Source: Azolla caroliniana
Lineage: Eukaryota; Plantae; Polypodiophyta
Length of the DNA: 64,000 nt
Reading direction: 5' to 3'
NCBI GenBank assembly: GCA_043228905.1
Contig: JBHGNT010000018.1
Coordinates: 10,354,001-10,418,000, forward strand
The translations under genes and the position numbers were made by a program. Shown piece after piece: positions 1-12,600 of the stretch (position 1 is its first letter; each line of letters starts with the position of its first letter). Below the pieces are notes generated by a model. That model saw only the letters and a program-made list of their open reading frames with translations. It made no database searches and was not told the DNA's origin.

Positions 1-149
1 CCACATAAACCCAGGCGTCAAGTTTACCAAGTAAGTGCACATGACAACCCTACATCAAGTTCTACTATCACTTCTAATAACTTAAGTACTAAGCCTAATA
101 GCCCATGCCATGAGAATAGATTTGATGTCTTGAGCCAATTAGAGGATGT

Positions 150-3100
150 GTTAAACGAATAAGTCCGGCCAAAATAGGAGCCATTTTGTTGGACCATCCT
201 AGTTATGTAGAGTCAGTACCTAGTTGTGGTTCCATTTCATCAAATCAAGTTAGTAGAGTTTTTTCTGCACAAGTCGAGCTTAGCACATCTACAGGTCATC
301 GCGCCCTAGCCTCTGCCCTCCTAGATTCCGGAGCCAATTCTTGTTTCATGGATCGCGAGTTTGCATTGACTCAAAACATCATCTTGAAAAAACTCCCAAA
401 CCCAGTAGCTGTAGGAGTCATCGATGGTCGCCCTATAGCATCAGGAGATATAGTCGAAGAGTCTGAACCAATTCGTGTAGTCCTAGGTAATTTGGCTAGT
501 GTCATCTCATTTAACATCATTAGTAGTCCGGAGCACTCTCTAGTTCTTGGTCTTCCTTGGTTTGAGTTACATAACCCAACCATTGATTGGAGAAAAAGAA
601 CTATTGAAGAGGTCACCGTACAATCCAAGTCTCTTGAAGCTCCAACTAAAGATCTAGGATCCCCCACAATTTCAACAATCTCTATACATCAATTACGAGA
701 GGATGGAAGAAAGGAAGACATGATGGTATTTGCGGTTTTAGCAACTCCCTCATCTAGCTCACAAGAATTGGGGGTCCAACTACCAAAGAAGTACATAGAA
801 TTCTCCGATGTGTTCGATAAGGTGAAGGCTAATAGACTACCAGAGCATCGACCATATGATTGCCCAATTGATTTGCAGCCAGGAAAAGAGCCACCATGGG
901 GACCAATTTATAATCTTTCGCCCACGGAGTTAGAGGTTCTTCGAGAATATATCAATGAGAACTTGGCAAATGGTTTTATCCAACATTCAAAATCTCCTGC
1001 TGGTGCACCCATCTTTTTCGTTAAGAAGAAAGATGGTACGCTTCGTATGGTCGTGGATTATCGAGGCTTGAATAAAGTGACCGTTAGAAACCGATATGCT
1101 CTCCCATTGATCTCAAGCCTTCTAGAACGCCTCAGTGAAGCAAAGTATTTCACGAAGTTAGATCTTCGAGGTGCCTACAACCTTGTTCGAATTCGTCCTG
1201 GGGATGAATGGAAGACGGCGTTCCGCACTCGCTATGGTCATTTTGAGTACACAGTGATGCCTTTTGGCCTCACGAATGCACCAGCAGTCTTCCAACATAT
1301 GGCGAATGATATTTTTCGAGACTTCCTCGATATCTTCATCATTGTTTACCTGGATGATATCTTGATCTACTCAAAAACTCAAGAAGAACATGATATACAT
1401 GTTCGCCAAGTTTTGCAACGGCTACGAGAGTATGGTCTCTATGCAAAATTGGAGAAGTGTAGTTTCGACCAATGTCAAGTGGAGTTTTTGGGGTACATAG
1501 TCTCTTCAAATGGCATCTCTATGGATCCATCAAAGGTTCAAACAATTTTGGATTGGCAAACACCACAGTCCGTGCGAGATGTGCAATGTTTTTTGGGGTT
1601 CGCAAACTTTTATCGCAAGTTCATCAAAGATTATTCAAAAATTGTGTTGCCCCTCACTCAACTGACGCACAAGAATCGACCATTTGTATGGAGTATAGAT
1701 GCGAACTCTGCATTTGAGGGTTTAAAGCAAGCATTTACATCCGCACCAATCTTAATCCATGTTGATCCAATGAGGCGCTTTATACTTGAAGCTGATGCAT
1801 CGGATTTCGCACTCGGAAGTGTACTATCCCAAATTGGTGATGATGGTGAACTGCACCCGGTGGCTTTTCACTCACGAAAATTTGAAGCCGCAGAAATCAA
1901 CTATGAGATTCACGACAAAGAGCTTCTTGCCATTGTGGATTCTTTTCAACAATGGCGTCATTTTCTGGAGGGTTCTTCTCAGCAGATTATTGTCTACAAT
2001 GATCATAAAAATCTAACATACTTTCAAAGTGCTCGAGTCTTGAATCGACGACAAGCTCGTTGGGCGCAGTTCTTAACTCGTTTCGATTTTGTAATTCTAT
2101 ATCGCCCTGGGATGCAACAAGGAAAAGCAGATGCTTTATCTAGACGTTCGTATATGGAACTTCAACCTGGAGAGGCCGCATTTGAAAGCCAAAAGCAAAT
2201 CCTCTTAGGTCCTGATCGTCTACGAATAATGGCAATGCATACCATCAACACACCGGGAGATTCAAGGCTTCTTGATTCCATTCGTGAGCAGATTGCGACT
2301 GATGCGTTCGCCCAAGAGGTTTTGAGCCATATTATCCCAAATCGTGCATCTAGCTCCCAAACTCAAAATCCTCGTCTAGACTACACCCAGTTTAGTTGGC
2401 ATGATGGGTTACTTTTTCGACAAACTCTCTTGTATGTGCCTGACGGTCCTTCTCGACTCAAAGTCATGCAACAATGTCATGACACACCAATGGCGGGACA
2501 CTTCGGCATCCACAAGACTTTTGAGTTGATTTCTCGCCGATATTGGTGGCCACGGCTTCACCATTTTGTTACGGATTATGTTCGTAGCTGTGATACATGT
2601 TGCCGATCAAAAAAGCCTCGACATCATCCATATGGCTTATTACAGCCAATGCCTATTCCGGAGAGCCCATGGAAATCTATTTCCTTGGACTTTATTACGG
2701 ATCTTCCACCTTCCAAGGGATTTGATTCGATTCTCACGGTTGTCGATCGTTTTACGAAGATGGCACATTTCCTTCCATGCACAAAGACCATTACTAGTCA
2801 AGAGACAGCTGATTTACTCATGCGGGAGGTGTTTCGCCATCATGGTCTTCCGGATGATATTATCAGTGATCGGGGTCCCCAATTCATCTCGAAATTTTGG
2901 CGGCACATGCTCAAACTCTTACATACTTCTTGTAAACTCTCTTCCGGCTACCATCCAGAGACTAATGGGCAGAGTGAGCGCACCAACCAAACAGTCGAGC
3001 AATATCTACGTTGTTTTGTCAACTATCAACAAGATGATTGGGTGGATTTACTACCTTTGGCAGAATTTGCTTATAACAACTCCGAGCATTCTTCTACTGG

Positions 3101-3794
3101 ATATTCCCCATTTTTTGCAAACATTGGGTACCATCCTCGTTGGACGATGCTTGAACATCCTGAACTCCCAAAAAACCCAGCTGCTGAAGATCGGCTCACT
3201 CGACTCCAAGAAGTTCAGGATATGCTTTTGCATCATTTATGTGAAGCCCAAAACACTCAAAAGAAGATTGCTGACCGTCATCGGCGTGATTCATCGACTA
3301 CATTTCAAGTAGGCGATCGTGTATGGCTCTTACAAGGTAGCATTAAAACGACCCGACCTTGCTACAAATTGGATTATCAACGTTTTGGCCCATATGTCAT
3401 AAGTGGTAAGATCAATGATGTGACATTTCGTCTTGATCTTCCTCCTCATATGCGTCTTCACCCGGTCTTCCATGTTTCACTTTTGGAGCCCTACACAACG
3501 AGCTCTATTCCGGGTCGTGTTACACCTCCCCCACCTCCAATTGACGTTTCCAATGGCTCTGAATATGAGGTTGCCGCTATCCTCGACTCCAAGATCATTC
3601 GCAACAAACTATACTACTTGGTTGATTGGTTAGGCTATACACCTAATGATCGAACATGGGAGCCTGCCGAACATCTTGCCAATGCCTCCGACATGGTTGT
3701 TGCATTTCACAACCAATATCCTCATAAACCAAGTCTGAACTCTTTTCTTCCGACTCGTGCAACTCGTCATCGAAAAGGGGGGATAATGTCATGA
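150..3794 (+). CDS. pol: Pol polyprotein: aspartic protease, RT, RNase H, integrase, chromodomain; probably reached by -1 frameshift from gag
   Basis: ORF 186-3794 (1202 aa), open upstream to 150. LLDSGA protease, YLDD RT, EADASD RNase H, HHCC plus D,D-E integrase, GPY/F motif, C-terminal chromodomain YEVAAILD...YLVDWLGY...TWEP. Confidence 0.95.
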   Translation, partial: VKRISPAKIGAILLDHPSYVESVPSCGSISSNQVSRVFSAQVELSTSTGHRALASALLDSGANSCFMDREFALTQNIILKKLPNPVAVGVIDGRPIASGDIVEESEPIRVVLGNLASVISFNIISSPEHSLVLGLPWFELHNPTIDWRKRTIEEVTVQSKSLEAPTKDLGSPTISTISIHQLREDGRKEDMMVFAVLATPSSSSQELGVQLPKKYIEFSDVFDKVKANRLPEHRPYDCPIDLQPGKEPPWGPIYNLSPTELEVLREYINENLANGFIQHSKSPAGAPIFFVKKKDGTLRMVVDYRGLNKVTVRNRYALPLISSLLERLSEAKYFTKLDLRGAYNLVRIRPGDEWKTAFRTRYGHFEYTVMPFGLTNAPAVFQHMANDIFRDFLDIFIIVYLDDILIYSKTQEEHDIHVRQVLQRLREYGLYAKLEKCSFDQCQVEFLGYIVSSNGISMDPSKVQTILDWQTPQSVRDVQCFLGFANFYRKFIKDYSKIVLPLTQLTHKNRPFVWSIDANSAFEGLKQAFTSAPILIHVDPMRRFILEADASDFALGSVLSQIGDDGELHPVAFHSRKFEAAEINYEIHDKELLAIVDSFQQWRHFLEGSSQQIIVYNDHKNLTYFQSARVLNRRQARWAQFLTRFDFVILYRPGMQQGKADALSRRSYMELQPGEAAFESQKQILLGPDRLRIMAMHTINTPGDSRLLDSIREQIATDAFAQEVLSHIIPNRASSSQTQNPRLDYTQFSWHDGLLFRQTLLYVPDGPSRLKVMQQCHDTPMAGHFGIHKTFELISRRYWWPRLHHFVTDYVRSCDTCCRSKKPRHHPYGLLQPMPIPESPWKSISLDFITDLPPSKGFDSILTVVDRFTKMAHFLPCTKTITSQETADLLMREVFRHHGLPDDIISDRGPQFISKFWRHMLKLLHTSCKLSSGYHPETNGQSERTNQTVEQYLRCFVNYQQDDWVDLLPLAEFAYNNSEHSSTGYSPFFANIGYHPRWTMLEHPELPKNPAAEDRLTRLQEVQDMLLHHLCEAQNTQKKIADRHRRDSSTTFQVGDRVWLLQGSIKTTRPCYKLDYQRFGPYVISGKINDVTFRLDLPPHMRLHPVFHVSLLEPYTTSSIPGRVTPPPPPIDVSNGSEYEVAAILDSKIIRNKLYYLVDWLGYTPNDRTWEPAEHLANASDMVVAFHNQYPHKPSLNSFLPTRATRHRKGGIMS

Positions 3795-4335
3795 CGACAT
3801 ACATCTTGGCTTATCATGACATTCATCTTGGCGAACCAGGAATCGAACCCATAACCTCTTGGTTTACATATTGTACTTTAACCATTGTAATAACATATGT
3901 GAGATGTAATCATAATAATTATATGTTTAGTTATTACGAGATATTTAGAACATTCTAGATTATTCTAGAATGTTCTTGAATATTTCATGATTATATTTAT
4001 TATTATTATTATTCATAAATATCTAAAATATTCTAGAACATTCTAGAATACTCCATAAGGGCCTATAAATAAGAGTCCATACACTCATCACAACTCATTC
4101 GGTTCAACACCAGTCTTTAGCCCTTAGCCTACTCCTTGTAATCTTCTTTCTCATAATATAATCTCATTCCCATTTCTTATCTCTCACTTATACTTTTCTC
4201 TCTCTCGCACTCTCTCCCTTTTTCACTCTCTTTTGCTATCACTATCGCTATCTCTACCGCTCTCGCCATCTCTATCGTTATCGTTATCTCTATCGCCATC
4301 GCTCTCTCTCTGCTTCCTACTCAAGAGTCACGACA
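3787..4335 (+). repeat. 3' LTR of the chromovirus
   Basis: TG...CA ends with short inverted termini, follows the PPT, TATAAAT at ~4064, CT-rich tail. Confidence 0.88.
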
Positions 4336-7300
4336 CCAGGCAAGTTCACACTTGGCCTAATGGGTTGTCTCAATCCCGAAGATTAAAAGTAATCCTCCCC
4401 TTCTTTACACTCTCGTTTAACCCTCACACTTATCCACGTGTATAGAATACTACGGTAAATACTCACCACAGGATATTATATGGTCATGCCCCTAACATAC
4501 TCCCCCTCTTTAAAACATTATACTCTTGCAATGGAAAGTTAGTTCTAAGAGTATTTTCGCGTTCCCATGTGGCATCTTTGATAGATTTATCCATCCATTT
4601 AATTTTAAATTCTCGGATTATTTTAGTACGCAATTTTTTTGTTTTAACATTGAGAATTCTTTCTGGTACATGTGGTTTAGAAGATAATTCTTCAGAAGTA
4701 ATTAGAGTTTTAGTTGTAATTGTATTGTCTCCAGAACCTAGAAGTTCTTTTAGACGACTTACATGAAAAACTGGATGAATTTCAACGCCATTGGGAAGAG
4801 TGACACGATAGGCTGATGAACCAATGCGTTTGAGGACTGTAAAAGGTCCAAAAAACCGTGGGGCTAACTTAGCGCACTTACCTGTAGAGAATGTCTTAGA
4901 ATTGTGAGGTACACGTAAAAATACCTTCTATCCAGGGTTGAATACACGAGGATGCCTATTATGATCGGCGTAAAAACGCGGTCTATCTTGAGTTTTTTTT
5001 ATATTATCTCATGCAATATGCAACATATCTTGCATATCCCGAAGAAATTTTTGCGTACTTTGCAACTCATCATGATGTATATTAGCATAATCACTAGCAT
5101 CGGTTTCAAGTGAGAAAGGCTTGGACGGGTTCGGTAATAGAAGAGTTGGAACCTAACACACATGCGCTTTGAGTGTCTCAAATGATTTGTCAAGTTGTTT
5201 ATTCCATGAAATTGGTTTGACAGACTTACATGGATGACCTTTTAAAAGGTAAGTTAATGGCATAGTCAATTTAGAATAATTACGAATTGATTTTCGTAAA
5301 AATCCATCCAACAAATCCTAGGAATGATCGAAGTTCACGAATATTACGAGGAATGGGCCAAAGTTTAACCTTTTCAATACAAGAAGTTTCAATTTCAATG
5401 CCATTTTCCATAATTAAATGACCTAGGTACACAATAAATTTTTGGAAAAAAACCCACATTTTGAATGTTTTGCATAAAAAGAGTTGTCACGCAGCTTTTG
5501 CAAAACAAATCAAACATGTTGAACATGATCTTGCAAGGTACGACTATATGTCAGAATATCATCCAAGAAAACGACAACAAAATCACCGAGTTGATCTTGG
5601 AAAACGTCATTCATCGCTAGTTGGAATGTGGCTAGACCATTAGTCAACCCGAAAGGCATGACTAAAAACTCATAATGGCCATGGCGCATATAGAAAGCGG
5701 TTTTAGGAATATCATCCTCTGCAATGTGAATCTGATGATAACCTATTCGTAAGTCAATTTTTGTAAAATATCGGGCTCCATGCAAACGATCAATCAAATC
5801 ATCGGCATGAGGTAACGGATCAACTTTTTTAATTGTCATTTTATTTAAACGGCGATAATTGACACACATTCGTCATGAACCTTCCTTCTTCTTAACTAAT
5901 AGAACTAGCGCACCCCAAGGTGATTTACTATACCTAATGTGGCCCATACTCAAGTATTCCTTAAGTTGTTTAACGATCTCATCCTCTTCTAATCAACTAA
6001 GTCGATAAGCTGGAATGCTCACAGGAGCAACGCCAGGGATGAGTTCAATTTGGTGGTCCACATTACGTTTTGGTGGTAAAGAAAGCGACAATTCGTTAGG
6101 AAACACGTCTTGAAAATCGTCTAAAATAGAGTCGAGTAATTGTCGTTCATAATTTGGTAATTGTGTGGCGTCAAGTTTAAAATAATAAAATTGAAGCACA
6201 TGATCAATTACACACAAATAAATTGATGGACTAGAATACTCACTTAAAGATTTGGAAGACACAAGTGAACGAGAATGAAGTTTGGAACATTGAATAAAAT
6301 GTTTACAATTATTAAGTTCAAATGTGATTGAGTGATTAACCCAATCAATGGACAAAGAACGGTTTTTATTAAAAAACCAAGGGTATCTTAAAATGACATC
6401 TTCGGATTGTAGTTTCATAACATGAAAGTCTAGCTTCTCCAAATAGGTATCTATTTGAATTGGCAGTTGATAAACAATGCCACTGATGTATTGAACGCTT
6501 CCATTTGCCATGTGAACTTGATAGATATGATCACTTGCGTTTATGTGGAGTTCCATTTGTTGCACAAAGTGATCATTAAGAAAATTGTGAGAACTACCAG
6601 AATCAAACAAGAAATGTGCTTGTGTTCCATTGATATACCCAATTGCTTAGGGTAAATCATTAGGTCCAAGTAAATGTGAAGGAAAAGTGCATTCACATGA
6701 ACTTAAGTGGCTAGTATGAACTTCCACAACATCAAAAGACTTACCTGTGTGACTCATAGATTTGTCTTGAGGAGGGTGTTCATTGATTTCCTCTCAAGAT
6801 GACGACAAGTATCCTTTGTGTGGCCCTACTTCTTGCAATATGCACAAAAGAGGTTCAGTTTCTTTGAGTCGCGGTCAAGAGTGTCACTGGATTGCTTACG
6901 TTTCCCAATGAACTTGACATTCAGAGTTTTGGTGAACTCAGGTTTATTGTGGTCTTTCTTGGAAGTCCTATGGTACCGAAGTACAATGTTGACGACTTCC
7001 TCGAAAGTTGTGGGGTCCTTGTCATGGACAATCCAATGGTAATTCCCATTGGGAATACCATTCAAAAAGCAAGCGACAAACCATTTCTCACCCGTAAGTC
7101 CCGATTTTTGGATCTGGGTCCGAGCATGATGCGCATAATCCTCGAGAGAGGTAAATGGCTTGCTCATCAACGTCAGTAACTTTTGTGCTTGTTTGGTTTG
7201 AGAAGGTGGCTGCAAGAATAGTTTCTTAAAAATATCGACGAAACCTTCCCAAGTGGTCGGTAAGTTCTTTGCAGTCCTTAAGCCACGCCACCAAGTAGCA

Positions 7301-7700
7301 GCTCGGCCACCTAACTCACGACCGACATAACCAATTTTTACAGCATCGAGCTTGGTATGGAGCTCAAAGTGAGACTCCCAACGACCAAGCCAAGTGCTAA
7401 TGGCCTCCTTGGTTCTTTCTTTCTTATCTCCCTTGAATGGCGTGACTACGAAAGAAGGTTCACCTTCTTTCTTGGACTCAATAGTCAATTCTTGGAATTT
7501 CTTTTCCAAAGCCATATTGGCTTGCCTCATTTCGGCCAATTGATTCAAGGTAGTAGTGAGCCATTGCTCAATAGTGATCTCAGCTTGTGTGCGAGATGCA
7601 AATTAGAGTTGAGAGGTCTCGATTGGAGAGATCGCTCCAACAATGTTCAAAATTTGTTCCATGATGCAAGTTGTGTGTATGCAATATAAATAAGGAGGTT
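4336..7700 (-). mobile_element. Degenerate Ty3/Gypsy element (family B, copy 1): partial 3' LTR 4336-4497, integrase C-terminus, RT, protease, gag
   Basis: 4336-4497 matches the LTRs at 40159 and 49948; PPT at ~4499-4511; ORF fragments 5510-5869 (RT, FLDD), 5993-6610 (FDSGS protease), 6826-7548 (gag ending in CAYC); many stops. Right boundary approximate. Confidence 0.85.
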
Positions 7701-8689
7701 TAGAAAATACACAAGCAAAATGAATGCTTGAAATTTTGATTGGAAGAACTTTATCCAAGAAAGCATCTCACGTCTTTACCCTTGTAGACATATGAGATGT
7801 GATTCAAGATTCGATAACTATGGTAACACTATGGTGTTTTAAAAACCATGGGGGAAAACATAACTAAGATGTCTTTCTCCGATCTCTATCTTGAGTAATC
7901 ATGGCGGCTCCCTGAGGCTCAACCATGGTTCTAACATCAATGTAATTTCCTAGTTAGCCTTATATTAATGCCAACCCAGCATGTATTGATATGGTTGAGA
8001 AAGTGTATTACATGAAAAAACAAGTGCATTCGCAAGTAATATTCTAGTCTTGCGAGTAACAAGCAAATGTTATGACAAAAACGATAAAATAAGGCACTAT
8101 CCATAAGAGTTAAGCAATGACGAAAACAAGGGTCAAAAAACCGATGCACTACCTACTAAAAAAACTATGTCACAAATAAATGGGAGGTGCAAGGTATGCA
8201 CATATACATCCCAATATGGTGGTTGTAATTTGCACAATTGTGACATAAGCCACAAATTGATACAAGTGGTGGTGGTGTTGTGCGCAACAATGTAGTACTG
8301 AAATCTATGAGTAAAACATCAATAGGGGAACTCATGTGCTTTTACTCGAGTTCCAAGGCTCGATAATATGAGTTAAACCTAGATGACTCGTTGGAAAAAT
8401 CGTTCAAAAAACGGCATGATGCCCACTCAATACTAAAAAATAGTCTACACAGAAGCGTTACATCATAGGTAAACGCACGTAAATACTTTAAACATGAAAA
8501 GGAAGGGAAAAAGAGAGTTAATTGTGGGTGGGTAAATGACAATTACGAGAAAATCATACAAAAGTGAAATGACAATTTGTGTAATTAGAAATTAATTAGA
8601 ATAATAATCAATTAGGTGTATGGAACATTAAGCATGCCTTAAGGTAAGAAACCCTAGGGTAGTCGACATGGACCTGTTGAAGACCACCA

Positions 8690-8975
8690 TATATCCCTAG
8701 AAACGGCCAACTAATGGTGCAATAGAGAGTAAAGTGGCATAGGTAAGCGGCATACACCTCGTCAAGGCCACAACATCCCATAGAATCGGCCAAGTGATGG
8801 CTCAATAGAGAGTAAAGTGGGATAGGTAGGTGACATACACTTCGTCAAGGCCACATTATTCCATAGAATCGGCCAAGTGATGGCTCAATAGAGAGTAAGG
8901 TGGGATAGGTAGGCAACATACACCTCGTCAAGACTACAACATCCCCTAGAATCAGCCAAGTGATGGCTCAATAAA
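8690..8975. repeat. Tandem array of an 83-bp unit, ~3.4 copies
   Basis: CAATARAG recurs at 8720, 8803, 8886 and 8969; units end ...TAGAATCRGCCAAGTGATGGCT. Confidence 0.9.
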
Positions 8976-9665
8976 GGGAACGCGCCATACTCAACATCAT
9001 ATGCAAAAGGGCCATGAGGTGCACGTGTGCGATTAAGGCAAACACCCTCGACCCAATGCACAAGATAATTATTACCGTAAGAGATGGCTTAAGAGAAGGG
9101 AGAGTGGGGGGATACATCGCAATATGCAAAAGGGCCATGAGTTGAGCGTGTGCAATTAGTGCAAACACGCTCGACCCGATGCGTAAGTAGATTAACATCC
9201 CATACCGCCAGATATTAAGATGACTAATACCTTGTAAGAGATAAACACAATCGTTGAGATGAAAGCCTAGCCCGCATCACCGGTGTCTAAGACAACAACC
9301 TTTTGACATAATGTCCTTATGAGGGTAGCTAAGCCTCATATTTATACCTTTTCCTAGGCCCCTTGAATAGATGGGCCTTTCTAAAAGGCTCTCCATTCAT
9401 TGGTTGTCCAAATCATGATAGTGCATGCACATGTCATTCCCTCTATCCAATCACATTAGTCCCCTTTTTAACATTAGTGAACATACCCTTCACTTATGTA
9501 AATATTAGTGATTTACCCTAACCTACGTTATGTGTACATAATAGTTGGGGGTTGGAATCAAAAGAGCATACCAGGACGTCGACTCGTCGAAAACAATGTC
9601 TCGACTTACTCAGACTTGTTTGATTCAGGGGTTATTGTCGAATACTGGTCTATAATCGTTGTATT

Positions 9666-12600
9666 TGTTGGGATTACGGTCCCTTCGGATGGGATGGTCG
9701 GATCCGGTTTTCGGTTTCGGATCCGGATGACGAAGACCCCGGTTTCGGTACCGGATGACGAATGTACCCGGAGAGCGATCCGGATGCAGGGACATATCCG
9801 TGAATATGTTCGCTATGGGCCCCTGAGGCTACAGTTGTAAATAGCCCAAAGTCATATGAGTATAAATATGACTTAGGGCAAACTGTTTTGTTGTCGCTTC
9901 CTATTTTTCTGTTTTTCCACTTTAGAGGAGTGAAGAGGGAGCAGCCGTGAGAGAGAGAGATAGAGCGCGAGAGAGGAAGAGGACGACGCCTCTGTGTATT
10001 TCCGCCGCCTGTGGCGAGGACAGCGAGCTCAAGGTCGTCGCCTTGGAGCTCGTCACTGTATACTTCTCTTTGTATAGCGTTGTTTGGAGTCTTGTACTCC
10101 CGTGGTTTTTCCCCTCTAGGGTTTTCCACGTAAATCCCTGTGTAATCGTGTATTTCTCTCTTTGGTTCCTATTTTCTGCTTCATTGATCCGTGATTACTC
10201 GGTTGTGGCCGAAGAAGAAGGTAAATCAAATCGTTGATTTCTCAACAATCTGGTATCAGAGCGAACTGCTGCAGAAAATGGAAGGCGGCGGCAGCGGGCA
10301 GCCGGGGATGATGGTGCTGAATGCACAGAATTATGCCGACTGGAAGATCAAGATGGAGGATCTTCTGATTGTTCGGGACCTGTACGAACCGATTGACAGG
10401 TCGGAAATACCGAAGGGGGTACTTGAGTCGGAGTGGAAGCTCCTGAACCGGAAAGCCGTAGCGACGATCCGACAATATGTCGATGTAAGCGTCCTACAAC
10501 ATGTGGCGAACGACACCAACGCATATGAAATGTGGAAGAAGCTGTCGGGTCTCTACGAGAGGAAGAATGCGTTGAACCGGACCTCCCTGATGAGGAAGAT
10601 TGTGAATCTCAAGTACCGGGACGGCGAGAGTATGGTGGAACACGTAAGCACGTTCATGGGATTCGTGAATCAGCTTGCGGCGATCAAGTTCCCGTTGGAG
10701 GATGCAATGCAAGCCATCATCCTGATGTGTACATTGCCGGACAGCTGGGAGAACTTGGTGGTGACTCTCAGCACCTCCTGCACCGAAGATAACTTGTCCT
10801 TGCAAACGGTAAAGACAAGTATTTTGAACGAAGAAGCGCGTCGGAGAGACAAGGAACCGGCCTCCGACCCGAAGGCGCTACTTACCGAATCGGATCGGGG
10901 AAGACAATGGAACCGGAGTCCGCAAAGACGGGAGAAGTCGGGGACCCGGTCGCAGTCAAGAGGAAGGCCCACATGCTTCCACTGTGGGAAGCCGGGGCAC
11001 TTCCGAAAGAATTGTCGGCATTACCGAAAAGACAACGGAGCCGACGACACCGATTCGAAGAAGTCACCGGAGAGAAACGGTGCATACCGGGGAGCCACGG
11101 ACCGGAGAGGTTCGGATCGGCGAGGGCAGGACCGTAAAGGAACGATGGCACTCGCGGCAAGTGAGGAAGAAATCATGCTCATCACCGAAGAAGGTGAGCT
11201 AAACATTGCCGGCGATGAGACGACCTGGGTGGTCGATTCCGGAGCATCGTTCCACCTGACCCCGGAGAGAAGATACTTCTCATCCTACACAGCCGGTGAG
11301 CATGGCTGTGTTCGGATGGGAAACGAAGGTACGTGCCGGATTGCCGGCATAGGAGATGTGTGGTTAACAACCCCGACCGGATGCAAAATGCTGCTGAAGA
11401 ATGTCCGACACGTTCCGGAGGTCCGACTGAACCTGATTTCGGCCGGGAGGCTAGATGACGAAGGTTACACGGGTAGCATCCAGAACGGCGTAATGAAGTT
11501 CAGCAAGGGGAGCCTGATAGTGGCTCGGGCCCGGAAAGACAACACACTGTACCTAATGACTGCCCGGTTATGTCCGGAAGAGCTGAATGTGGCAGCCGAC
11601 ACTGCCGGTGAGCTGTGGCACAAAAGACTGTGCCACATGAGTGAGAAAGGGATGAAGAGGCTTGCAGATGACAACCTTATCCCAGTGAAGCATGTGCACC
11701 TGGATAAGTGCACCGACTGTCTGGCCGGTAAGCAAAACCGGACCTCCTTCCACTCAAGGCCACCGACGAGACGTAGCGCACCATTGGAGTTGGTGCACAC
11801 CGATGTGTGTCAGGTAGAAACGAAGTCACATGGCGGAGCCCAGTACTTCGTAACATTCATTGATGATCACAGCCGGAAGCTGTGGACGGCCCCGTTGAAG
11901 ACAAAGGACCAAGTATTGTCCGTCTTCAAAGATTTCCACGCGAGAGTGGAAAGGGAATCCGGCAAGAAGCTGAAAGCGATACGAGCGGATAACGGAGGGG
12001 AATACCGGGGGCAGTTCCAGGAGTACTGTCGCTCGAAGGGAATCCGGCTCGAGTTTACTGTGCCGAAGACGCCGGAACTGAACGGGCTGGCCGAGAGGAT
12101 GAACCGGACCATAATGGAGAGGGTCCGGAGTATGCTGGCGCATGCGAAATTACCCAAGGGATTTTGGGCTGAGGCAATGTCGACGGCGACATATGTGATA
12201 AACAGATCACCCTCAGTACCTTTGGACGGAGACACGCCGCAGAGAGTGTGGACCGGTAAGGAAGTGTCCTACCGGCATCTGAAGGTGTTCGGGTGTCTCG
12301 CATACGTGCATGTGGCAAGGGACCGGAGAGGAAAGCTAGATCCAAAAACCCGGCCATGCATATTCCTCGGTTACGGCGACGACGAGTTCGGCTACCGAGT
12401 ATGGGACCCGGTCGACAAGAAGATATTCCGGAGTCGTGATATCATCTTCATGGAGAACAACACACTCGCCGACTGGGAGTCGGAGAAGAAGATGAAGAGC
12501 TCCAAGTCGACCGGTGAGAATCAACTCTACGAGGAGCAGTCCCGACCGGCAAGGGACCGGTTAGCACTCGAGGATCCGGCCGAAGACGGTGTAGAAATAG

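Larger units (their letters stand above)
1..4335 (+). mobile_element. Ty3/Gypsy chromovirus (Tcn1-like) LTR retrotransposon, 5' part outside the window; inserted into the LTR of an older Gypsy
   Basis: End of gag (stop 160-162), intact pol, polypurine tract AAAAGGGGGGATAA at ~3773-3786, 3' LTR 3787-4335 with TGTCATGAC...GTCACGACA termini. Confidence 0.93.
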
